A stretch of 64,000 nucleotides of DNA from Camelus ferus. Taxonomy: Eukaryota. The translations under genes were made by a program, and so were the position numbers. Positions 47,021 to 57,266 of the stretch are shown here, one piece after another. Location: contig NC_045705.1 of the NCBI RefSeq assembly GCF_009834535.1, positions 67,890,001 to 67,954,000 on the forward strand. The letters are read 5' to 3'. Each line of letters starts with the position of its first letter. Positions within the stretch are counted from its first letter, which is position 1. Under the pieces are notes generated by a model. It did not search any database. It worked only from the letters and a program-made list of their open reading frames with translations, and was not told where the DNA came from.

Positions 47021-48808
47021 AAACGCTCTGCCCTTTGGGCCCCCACATCCCATTAGCCAGATGGGCTCCCACATGGCCCCGGGGCTGCTGCCTGTGGCTC
47101 TGACTCAGGGCCAGGAAACAGGTGCTGCTGCCCAGGCCTGCAGTGGAGTCACCAGCCCCAGCTCCCTGTGGGCGGGGAGTCGGCTCACCCTCCTCCAGGC
47201 TGAGCCGCCGGCAAAACATCCAGCTGGGTGAGTCACCCCAGGGCACAGGTGGATTCTGGACTCCCTGCAGGGGCTGAGCCTCTGGCAGCAACAGTCCCTG
47301 GGGCAGCCCCTCAAGATGGGCTGCCAAGGGAGGGGGGGAGAGGCTGAGATGGGAGGACCTCGGTGGGAGGAGGCGAGAGGGTGGGAGGGGAGCAGGAGGG
47401 GCTGGGGGAGGAGTGGAAGGTGGAGGAGGGGGCTGCGGTGGGGAGAGGAGACTTCTGGGCACCGAGCCCCTGGCCGTGTGGAGTGGGCTGGGGGTTGGGA
47501 ATTGGGGGAAAGAAGATGCTGGGGGTGGGCTGAGGGAAGAGGAAGGCTCCACACTGGCAAGAATGGTTCAAACCAAAGAGCCTGGGTCTTGTAAGAAGAC
47601 CCATCCAGAATGGACCATCCCGAATGCCATGCCTGCCCCAGCCCCGCCCCCAGAGGTGAGCCTGCACAGGAGCTGCTAGGGGGGTGATGGAGTGAGGGAC
47701 GCTGCTGGTGCCGGATTGTGGGCCTAATGAGAGGCCCCGATGGTGCCCAAGACCCTGACCGAGGGTGGCAGCTGATCAAGAGACTGAGCGCCTTTAAAAG
47801 CCACAGTCTCTTCCTCCAGGCACCCCAGGCTTGTTCCAGCACCAGCTCCTTGGGGAGGTGGCAGCTTTCGGAGCTGTACCTGCAACTCTGGAGGGCTCCT
47901 CTCCATGCCAGGGTGTGGGCACTGTGGGCAGGGGGTTATTCCTGGGGGCCAGCAGCACCTCGTCCATCATCGTTTGTGAGATAAATCGACCCCACTGTAA
48001 GTCTACCCACCACGAACCAGGTCAGCCTTCCCTCGCACCAGAACCCAAACTAAATGCACGCCCAGCCCAGCGTCCCCTGAGAACCTGGACACGCCTGCAG
48101 CCTCCCCGGCACCACTTTCCAGCAGGGCAATTGCAGCACAGGGAGCGATGTGGAAAGACACTGGGCCGACTGATTGTGCTTGTAGCTGATTTCCAATCTG
48201 ACAAAGATGTGCAACCTTGAAAACAGCTGCCTTGGGGCCCCTGCCCGAGACATAGCCTGCCGATTGCCTCGACCAGCACCCAGCCTTCCGAACTCTGGCT
48301 GCAGAACCCCGGTCGCAGTGGGGCACCAGCACTGCACAAAGTTACAGACCCCATTTTGCAGCCTGCATTGCAGCTCGACGTGGATGTTCAAAGTGGGAGG
48401 AGGGGTCTCCCCGAAGGACTGGTCTAGGAAGGAGGGAATCCTCTCACGCAAAGCCCCCCAACCTCTAATGCTGCTTCTCTGTCCCCTCTCCCTTCTCCTC
48501 GCCCACACCCTTACTAAAGATACCCGACTGTCCCTGTGGACAAAGTAAACAATCTTTACACTTATCATAAATCCTTTAACAGTTGTATTGACGAACTGAA
48601 CACATAGACTCAAAGGCCATTCATAGAATTATATCAACTTTCACTTTAGCTCAATCCTTAGCAAATTACTGTCTGTAGGGAGCACCTGGGAATTTTTCTT
48701 GACAACTATGTTACTAAAGTGGGGGTGGGTAGGACTGGGGTTCGCAGCTAGAAGCCATGGAAGGGAGGATAAAGGACACAACATTTCTAGGGTCAAATAA
48801 AAGCCAAG

Positions 48809-48894
48809 TTTTCTTTAATGGAGGTACAGATGATCGAACCCTGGACCTCATGCATGCTAAGCACATGGTTTACCACTGAGCTATATCCCCTACC
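48809..48894 (-). mobile_element. tRNA-Ala-derived camelid-type SINE
   Basis: TGGAGGTACAGATGATCGAACCCTGGACCTCATGCATGCTAAGCACATGGTTTACCACTGAGCTATATCCCC; 10-bp TSD AAAAGCCAAG (48799 and 48895). Confidence 0.9.
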
Positions 48895-49049
48895 AAAAGC
48901 CAAGCCATTCCCTGATTTCTTCAATAGTAATGAGATTGTCATGGGCTCAGTAGGTGGTATCCCTTTGTCACCTTCTCTTCTAAGCCTCCTCTTTTTATGA
49001 GTCCATCTCCCCAACATTAGCTTCTCACCAGCACTAGAGGTGTGCATCC

Positions 49050-49480
49050 CCTCATTTGTTTGTATTCATTCATTCATTCATCAAACATTTGTTGACTGTT
49101 TTATGTGAGACACTGTATTAGTAAAGAGTCATTCCAGTCATTCCATACATATGGTAGAACTGCCCCCCCCCCCAACAACACTTCGCTTGAGTAAAAGAGT
49201 TTATTTCTCTCTGTTGTGAAACAAGCCTGGAGGTCAGCAGCCCAGGGCATCCAGGCCCCTTCAGTCTTGCTGTCATCCAAAGTCATCACTCTGTGGTCCA
49301 AAATGGCTGCTCAGCTCCAGCCGTCACATCCACATTCCAGGCAGCAGGAAGGAGGAAGGGAAAAGGACCAAAAAGGGGGCCTATCCATTCAATCCCTTTC
49401 ACCTGGAATGTGCTGGGTCCTACCTGGCCAATCCTGCTCATCTCTCAGGTCAGGCTCCTTGAATACACATACTTCTTTCT
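49050..49480. mobile_element. L2 3' end (ATTC repeats) followed by an MLT1J/K-like fragment
   Basis: ATTCATTCATTCATTCATCAAACATTTGTTGA; then CCAAAATGGCTGCTCAGCTCCAGCCGTCACATCCACATTCCAGGCAGCAGGAAGG. Confidence 0.55.
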
Positions 49481-52400
49481 CCTGATAAAGGACCAGTTAT
49501 TTGTATAACTGTTTTTGTGCACGTGGGTCCCACTAGACTGTAATCTCCAGGAAGGCAGGGACGTGTGTGTAGAGCTTTCCGCCGCAGTCCCAGTGCAGTG
49601 CCGGGGAAGCAGCACCTCTCCCTGGGGGGTGGGGGGCATGGATGAGCTAGACCTGAACCTAGGTTTTCTCTGGACCCTGTTCTTGCTTTTCAGACCTGGG
49701 TGGTTTTTTGCTGGTGAACAGGGCTTCTAAGGGAAGATGTGCCAGCTCAGGGTGCAGGGGTAAAATTACGCTTTCTGCTTCGTTTCCATTACTCTAATGG
49801 TGACCCATTTTGTCTGCCTTACACTGGGCTGTCTTCAAGATGACAAGTTGACAATGTCCCACCAGGTCATTGCTGAGTGCACAGAGCCCATTATAGCACT
49901 GGCCATGGGTCCCAGCACAGCCTGTGCCAGGAAGCAGGTGTCCGCCGTCCGGGTACACTGTCCTCCTTTGTCTGAACATGTCTGCTGGCCCCGGAAAAGC
50001 ATGACACCCTTCCTCGCTTCTTCCTTGCTTGGTCTGCAGCCTTGCATTGCCCACCTAACTGTTCCTGGCCAGGGTCACCAGCCACACCCAGGATTTGTAC
50101 TAGACTGAGGCAGAAGCAGCGACGCTGGGTGTCCCCCCCAAGTGGTGTCATGGTGACAGACTGTGCCAGCTTAGAGGCAGCATATTTGTATAGAGCACGT
50201 GTCTAGTTATCCACTGTAGCTTTGTTAAGGGGGTTCACAATACATGTGAAGACTGCTTACAGTTTTTCCACCAGACACGTGGAGAAAGAGGCCAGAGGGC
50301 AGGATTCCGGTTTTTGGAAGCGCTCTTGTTCTCTGTCTGCCAGCCCCATCGCCATCTGCCCTGACTGCACCGGGCCCAAGCCTGCTTCCCGGAAGGCTTG
50401 GGGGCTACTGGCAGGATAAACAATCTGACGGCCCTACCTAAGAGCATCGCTCATGTCCTGCTTGTCTGCAGGAGCCACCTTTGCCCACTTGGGGACCTGA
50501 ATGCTGGCTCTGCGGCCACGGCGTTCTCGACCCAAGGACTTCAGTTTAGAGCTTCTGCTTCTTCAGACAGATGCAGGGGCTCCTTGACAAAGTACACTGA
50601 GAGCAGAAGGGTACTCAAGCTCTCGCTGACGGCAAGAGGCTCCTAATGTGGAAGACGGAAGAAGGCTGAAACTGGCCAAACGGCCGGCACTCTGGGATGC
50701 GTTCCTTCCTGGTCTCTCCGACTACACCAGCCATTGTCAAAAGGTGGTGGCATTTCTCAGGGAGCCCGAGGCAGCCGTGGCCGGCCCCGGCCCCAGCGGC
50801 ATCTGCAGGAGAGGCTGTTCCCATCGCTTCTCCAGGGAGAGAGCTGCCTCCTCTCTTCTGCATCTCAGCTGTCCATCAGTCTGCCCACCACGACAGAGGC
50901 TGCCAAGGAGGCAGCCTCCCACCCCCTCTTCCCTCCCCAGTAGGAGTGCACTCCTGAGCTGACTGTGGGCTTCAGAAATCAGCCTGTGACTCCTGCTCAG
51001 GGGCCCCTTGTCCCTTACTCTCCTCCCACCCCCGGCTGCCAAAACAGTGACCAGAAGTCAAAATGTGCCCTTTAGAATGCACCCCACATTCCCCTGTCAC
51101 CTCCATCTCAGCCAGGAGTCTGTCCCTGAGACCCTTCACCAAGCCAGGTGTCCCCACCAGCAAACCAGGTGGGCACTCAGCACCATGGTTTAGGGCCTTG
51201 CTCCTTCCTAACCAGTCAGCTGGCCTTGACTGGAGTCCTCGGGCACTCCAGTGTCGCTCCTCGGCCCTGCAGAGGCAAACGGCTCTCTCCCGGAAACGGC
51301 CTGAGCTATCAGCACTAAGGCTCCTAAGACTGAGTGTTGGACCCGGGTAGGGGGTCAGCATCGTTATTATTTGTCCTGAATCCTGTTCACTCTAGGGTCC
51401 TCGATGACATCAACCCACCTAACACTCAACTTGGCAGGTGGGGCAATGGCTGCAGCCTCCTGGCAGCAAGCTCCGGCCACCGGCTGGCACCTCCAAGCAG
51501 GGCCGCCTCTGTCTGCAGGGCTGAGGACTTCAGTGGCCAGTAGCGTCCAGCCAGAGGGGAGGAGAGGGTCAGGCAAATTTTCTCCTAATGGCCTCATCTT
51601 TCTTCAGAAGCCTGGAGGTGCCACACCGGCGTGTCCCCTGCTGTCCATGTGTGGCTGAGGGACAGACTGGGCCTGGCAGAAGCTAAGAAAGTATTTGTGG
51701 GTAAGCCAAGGAAGGCCCTCTTCCTGCGAGATTTTTGTCACCTGCCACGGGACAGCCCCTCCCAGCCGCTCTGCCACCTGCCAGCCCACCCACCCCTGGC
51801 TGCCTCTGGGAGCCTGAACTGGTCTCCCTCTGGACCCCCCAGGCCCTCAAGGGCTCGACCACAGCCTGACCCTTCTCCAAAGAGCTCTGTGTCCTGCACT
51901 TGGGATTCAGGGGCCCCTTTCCACCCAGCAGGGCCTGTGGGATGTAGGGAAAGCCCACAGCTCTGAGGTCGGATAGCCAGTCGGCTCCCAAGAACTGACA
52001 GCCTAAGGGCCTTGGCTGATTAGGCCCGTTTTAGAAAAACAGAACAGGGGTCTGCGCACCCGAGGGGCGCTGGGTACCAGGAGGCGGGGGAGCTAGGTGG
52101 CCTTCCACCTCCTGCCCTCCCTCCATGGATGGCTCCTGAGAGGCTGAGCGCGAAATTTGGCTGCTGCAAAAGTGTGCGAGTGTGTGTGCGCGCGCGCCCA
52201 GGACAGTGTGCCCGCGCCTATCTTGGACTGAGGGGTCTCAGGCGGTGGCGCTCCTGCCGGGCGCAGTGGCCTGAGAGGCTGGGGGCGCTGTGTGGGTGTG
52301 GGGTCCTTACTCTGCCACCCCCGGCCGGGTAACAGGCTTGGGGCCCTCCCCCGCGGGTTTGGGGCTCTGGATTCAGCGCGATGGGGGCTCTCCCGCGGGG

Positions 52401-52516
52401 TGCGGGGGCCTTTCCGCCGCCCCCGCCCCGAAATACAGGACCACCGCGCGGCCCTCCCGCGGGCGCTCCGAGTGGCGGCCGCTCCCGCCCGCTCCGAGGA
52501 GGCGGAAACCAGTGGC

Positions 52517-52524
52517 TGACGCGG
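52517..52524 (+). promoter_or_regulatory. GAL: CRE/AP-1-like element TGACGCGG (galanin PMA/cAMP response element, GTRE-type)
   Basis: TGACGCGG lies ~27 bp upstream of the TATA-like box, matching the position recalled for the bovine galanin element (about -59). Confidence 0.8.
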
Positions 52525-52543
52525 CGGAGCGGCTCCCGGGCCG

Positions 52544-52551
52544 CATAAATA
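52544..52551 (+). promoter_or_regulatory. GAL: TATA-like box CATAAATA
   Basis: The only AT-rich stretch in the island, ~30 bp upstream of the inferred TSS (~52576). Confidence 0.75.
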
Positions 52552-52575
52552 GCGGCAGCGGCGGCGGCTCTGGGC

Positions 52576-52760
52576 GCAGGCACGTCGAGGCAGCGCGGCC
52601 GCCGTGCACTTCCCGCCGCCGCGTCCCCGAGGCCGCGCCATGTGGTGAGCGCTCCCGGCCCTACCAGACCCGACCCGACCGGACGCGCGGCCCCGCCGAC
52701 ACCCGGGACCCGCCGACACCCCGAGATCCGCCATCACCCCAGGACCCTCCGTCCTTCAAG
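52576..52760 (+). other. GAL: GAL exon 1 (non-coding 5'UTR)
   Basis: Ends TCCTTCAAG|GTAGGG; splicing to exon 2 places TCAAG directly before the ATG. The TSS is inferred from TATA spacing. Confidence 0.8.
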
Positions 52761-53025
52761 GTAGGGCGCCTCCTTGGGGCCCCGGAGGTAGGCGGACCCC
52801 GCCTTCTCCGCACTCCCCTCCCCAGGGCACCCGCCTGCGGGGCCCGGCTCGGCCCCACTGCCCCTTGCTCCTTGCCAGCTCTTGCCCTCTCTCCGTCCTC
52901 GGCCCCCTGGCTCCTGGCCGCCCCGCCCGCCCTTTGGGGGTTGGGATCCGAGCCTCTGTCCCACATCTCTGGGAACAGGGCCGGTCTCCCCGAGCAGTCC
53001 CGCAACCGCCCGCCTTCCTTTACAG

Positions 53026-53106
53026 ATGCCCAGAGGCTGCGCCCTCCTGCTCGTCTCTCTGCTCCTCGCCGTGGCCCTTTCAGCCACCCTGGGGAACGGG
53101 TCACCG
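53026..53106 (+). CDS. GAL: GAL exon 2: signal peptide MPRGCALLLVSLLLAVALSATLGNGSP
   Basis: CCTTCCTTTACAG|ATG; 81 nt; GTAAGT donor; hydrophobic signal peptide like preprogalanin. Confidence 0.97.
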
Positions 53107-53932
53107 GTAAGTGCAGGGGGCAAAAGTCTCCCAAGCCGGATCCCCTTATCGGAGAAAGTGGGGAACACGGCATCGGAACCAGACCCTGCAGAGGGTGGGT
53201 GCCTTGTGCCAGGAACAGAAACAGCCATCAATTCTGCTCCGGGGTCGGGGTGCGGGTCGTCGGAAGACTGGGAGGTGGGGGTGTCCCTGCCGCGGGCGCG
53301 GCGCCGGGAGGGGCCGGGGTCCTGCGGGCAGGCCGGCGGGGGCTGGGTGGAGGGTGAGGGTTTCTGCTGAGATGCTGCCTTGGGCCCTCCTGACATGCCT
53401 CTCCCAGTGCGTCAACAGCCCCTGCTCGGCGCTCTAGATCTGGGCGCTGCTGCAACTGCGGTTAGCGCCGCAGACCAGTTAGAAGCAAATCTCATTGCCT
53501 TCAGCTCAGCAGAGCACCGGTTACACCGCCTGAGAGCTGGACGCTCTGAGTCTGTGGTCTGTGCCTCTAAAGGAACTATTTGATAAAGCAAATTGTCCTC
53601 TTTTCATGTCATATATAGCTTATTTGGCTGCAAATCTAGAATTTCTTGTACCTTCCAAATGTACACTCATTCTAATTCCTGTATTATGCTTGGGAAGCCT
53701 GGGTGAATTTCATTTAATGCTCACTTTTGCTTTAACAGTTTGCATCTCTTGGCTTATTATATACCTAGAGTGTGTTTGTAATTTGAGTGCTGTGATTATC
53801 CGAAGTTCGTAATACCCTCATAGGCTGCCGTGGTGGGTTACAGAGGCAGAAGCTGCCTTCGGGGCTTCTTTGAGGCAACGCAGCCTGTCCAGGCAGGACC
53901 CTTACCATCTGACCCCCTTTCTCCCATTTAAG

Positions 53933-53987
53933 GAGAAGGAAAAGAGAGGCTGGACCCTGAACAGCGCTGGCTACCTTCTTGGTCCAC
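53933..53987 (+). CDS. GAL: GAL exon 3: EKEKR-GWTLNSAGYLLGP
   Basis: TTTAAG acceptor; 55 nt; KR cleavage site followed by the invariant galanin N-terminus; GTAAGT donor. Confidence 0.99.
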
Positions 53988-56836
53988 GTAAGTGACGCAG
54001 GTGCATGGCCTCTCGACGCTGAACTTGCTTTTCTGATGCTGGCTGTAGCCCTTGTGCTGACCCCGCTCTGTCTGCAATAAGGGGGTAGCGAGTCATCATT
54101 CTGAAACTGTGCCATTCCAGTTTTAGTCAGATGAAGGGAAACGGAGGACTTCCTTGAGGCTCTGAGGCAGGATGGGCTTCCCTGTAGGGTTACTTATTCC
54201 CTCAAAGGCAGCCCCAGGATGTGCCAACCCTCCTCCTCCTCCCCCTTTTCTCCCCTCACTTGTGGAGGACAGGCTAGTTTCTGCACCCCTAGCCTTGGGG
54301 CAGCTCGCTCTTTCTTGAACCCTGACCCATCCTGCATCCTCTCCTGCCTTCTCTGCCGGCCTTGCCCCTTTTGCCTCCGCTCCTCTGCCTGGCCAGTCCC
54401 TACAGCTCGGCACACTTGACCTAGGCACCTCTTCCTTCCGGAAGCGTCTCCCTCCTCCAGCTCTCCTGCCTCGCACCCTGATGGAATTCCCAGCCTCAGA
54501 CCTAGCTCAGGCTTCCCTGGTGACCGTCATGGAAGGCAGACATTCCTTGGGGCTTCGAAGTTCTGGGCCCCACCCAGGGTCCCTCCGTATCTCCCTACGC
54601 TCTCACCCACTCCTCAGTTTCACAGAGCACCCCACGTCAGTTGACCCCAAGCCCTATCTCCACCTTCCCCTAATCTCAGCCCTGGATGGGAATTCCCAGG
54701 TGACCTGAAGAAGCCAAAACATGCTCCCCTCCAGGCTAAAAGACAGTGGTTCTCTTCCTGCTCCAAATCTGTCCCCGTAGCCACCCTGCAAGGTGACTGA
54801 TACTCGGTGTCTTATCCTTGATTTGCGTCACCTGGACGCGGTGTGAGTAGTTTTACTACATTTGTGATGCAGAAAATCCGGTGACTCTAGGGTAGCTGGG
54901 GACTTCAGAGACCCACCCCCAAGACCGACTGCTGCGTTTACAGACAAGCACACCACGCGTGGGGCTCAGCGACTGGCTCACGGACGTGGAATGCCTAAGC
55001 GGGCGCAGGAGACAGCAGGAAATGTGACGCCGGTGCCTGCAAGCGCTAAAGGGGACCGCTCTGGGACACTGCAGGCCGCGGCTGCTGATGCCTCCCCTCA
55101 CCCGCCCCCCTACCCCCGCTCTCTGCTTCATGCACGTCCTCTGTCTGCAGTGCCACCTTCAGATTTTAATTGTCCCAAAGGAGGGGGCAAGGGGAGACCT
55201 TTCGCTTTCTCCTCCAACCCCGCACCTACCTGTGGCTTTCAAATTTGCCAGCATGGTTGGCTTTGGGACAGCCATCAACCTTTAAAAAACCCTCCCCTAT
55301 TGATTTCCTATTTCCCCACAGGAAAGGAGGCAAACAGCATCTAGCTCGTAACGCCGTCCTTCCAGCGTAATTGGGACAAACGGTGCCTGTTTAAACTGCC
55401 ATGGGGAGTTTAGCGCTTAATCCCAGGGTTTAAGTACAGACCCTCTTCTACTGCAGGCGGTGGTTCATCTGATCACCTGGCGGGTCCTTGAGAGCTGAGC
55501 TTTGAGAAACACAGGCATAGAAATGACAAAAACTAGTTGGGGCAACAGGGAGCATCTTTGATCTCAGATCAAAGGCAACAGCAGATCCTCCCCTGGTCTT
55601 GTCCCTGAGAGCTGCCTGGCCTCCCTTCTCGGGGAAAGGACCGGCTCCAGTTTCCCTGACCCCTTTGCAACCCTGAGTTCTTTGCCTCAGAGAGCACTGC
55701 TGGCCCCAGAGACAGGAGGAACCCTCCAGCAGCAGTGCCTGTGTGACTTTGGAATACTGAAAAGACATTCATCAAGAAGATTTTGAGTCCTGAGTTAGAA
55801 AACAGACTCTTTTTCGCTGTCAGTTTGGATCAGCAGAAGCTGTACATCTACACTATCTGTTGGTCAAAATTCTTTACAACTTCACCCCACCCTCCTGACT
55901 TCTATTGTCAGCGTAGCAAACGGGGTGTGAAGGCCGCGTCTGCAGACGGTTTGAGCCCAACCTCACGGAGCGGTGTCCGAGAACTCTGTCTCTGGAAAAG
56001 TGAAGTCATTCTCTTTTGTCTAGGCCTGGAGAGGGTGGAATCCGTCAGGCCAGGCAGCCAGACACCTGCAAGCCACCCTCCCTCTTCTCCTTCCCACCCG
56101 AGGGTCCCCACATCAGTCCTCTTGACTCCAGACCCCTTGGTACAGAGCCCTCAGCCTTTCTTTCCAGCAATTTCTTAAGGGATCTCTGCTTGCAGTCACC
56201 ATTCCNNNNNNNNNNNNNNNNNNNNNNNNNNNNNNNNNNNNNNNNNNNNNNNNNNNNNNNNNNNNNNNNNNNNNNNNNNNNNNNNNNNNNNNNNNNNNNN
56301 NNNNNNNNNNNNNNNNNNNNNNNNNNNNNNNNNNNNNNNNNNNNNNCTTGCACAGCAGCCAGAATGGTCTTTGAGAAATAAAGTCTGATTCCATCAGAAC
56401 TGCAGATCCTTTGGTGGTCCTCCCACCACTGTTTTCAGGGCCACAGGACCCCAGCCCCTGTCCTCTGCCTGGGAGGCACCCAGCTGGAGCACAAGCCCCC
56501 CCAGACCCCTCAGCACTACCCCCCCGCCCCCGGCCTGCCCCCTGGGGCCAGTCCCCTCTGCTGGAGCCCCGGGCTGCCCCCTCTTGACGGGGGGCCCCTC
56601 CTGCTCTTGGGGAGCCCCAGCACCCCAGTAAGCTTCGTGCCTCAGGCCCTTGCATGAGCTCTTCCCTCAGGTTCCTCAGAGAACGGCCTTCTCTCTTCTG
56701 TGGTTTCCCTACCGTGGCTTTATTTTTACAGTGTGGTTGTGCTGCGTGTTGATTACTGGCGCGCACGGGTCCTTCAGGACCGGGAGGTCTAGTTAGAGGC
56801 ACAGCCCTCAGTGCTTCCCCTCTGATTTGCAAACAG

Positions 56837-56923
56837 ATGCCATTGACAACCACAGGTCCTTTCAGGACAAGCATGGCCTGGCTGGCAAGCGGGAACTCCA
56901 CCCCGATGACGAAACAAGGCCAG
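56837..56923 (+). CDS. GAL: GAL exon 4: [29 protein letters not shown]
   Basis: AAACAG acceptor; 87 nt; GKR amidation/cleavage signal at 56884-56892; GTGAGA donor. Confidence 0.98.
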
Positions 56924-57188
56924 GTGAGAGCACTGTGATCCCAGGCCACGCGGGGCAGCGGGTGGCGCCGAGCTTCTGCCACCCAGACCCACAACTGGGG
57001 CCCAAGCTAGGCCCTGCCGCATCTGTCAGCCACCAAAAATAGAAGAAGCCCCAGCGGGGTCAGGGGTCCCTCCAGGGTGCCCAGCAAGGCTCCATAAGAG
57101 AGGGAGGTCCCTGGTGATGCCACCAGGTGCCGGGCCTAAGGTGGTCACCATGGTGGTAGGTCGGCAACGCTGGCCCTCTACTTTCCAG

Positions 57189-57266
57189 GGAGCTTTGACA
57201 GGCCGCTGTCAGAGAACAACGTTGTGCGCACGATAATAGACTTTCTAAATTTCTTGCATCTCAAAG
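57189..57266 (+). CDS. GAL: GAL exon 5: GMAP (GSFDRPLSENNVVRTIIDFLNFLHLK)
   Basis: CTACTTTCCAG acceptor; 78 nt; GTATGT donor; conserved RTII-FL-FLHLK core. Confidence 0.97.

Larger units (their letters stand above)
52050..53500. promoter_or_regulatory. GAL: CpG island over GAL promoter, exon 1 and exon 2
   Basis: Very GC- and CpG-dense sequence with many GC boxes (e.g. CCGCCCCC). Confidence 0.9.

Noticed and set aside
51176-51197. REST/RE1 site CTCAGCACCATGGTTTAGGGCC upstream of GAL
   Set aside because: Only the left half-site matches; the right half (GGACAGCGCC) is poor and mis-spaced.
17100-52000. Full palindromic estrogen response element (GGTCAnnnTGACC) upstream of estrogen-inducible GAL
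   Set aside because: A by-eye check of TGACC occurrences found only half-sites or mis-spaced pairs; a formal motif scan is still needed.
52290-53357. 355-aa ORF and overlapping 160-220-aa ORFs across the GAL promoter
   Set aside because: Stop-poor CpG-island sequence gives Pro/Arg/Gly/Ala-rich translations in several frames at once; the real exons explain the region.
53988-54100. In-frame extended galanin isoform via an alternative intron-3 donor, as in birds and fish
   Set aside because: In-frame TGA at 53993-53995; the nearest alternative donor (54001) adds 13 nt and frameshifts.
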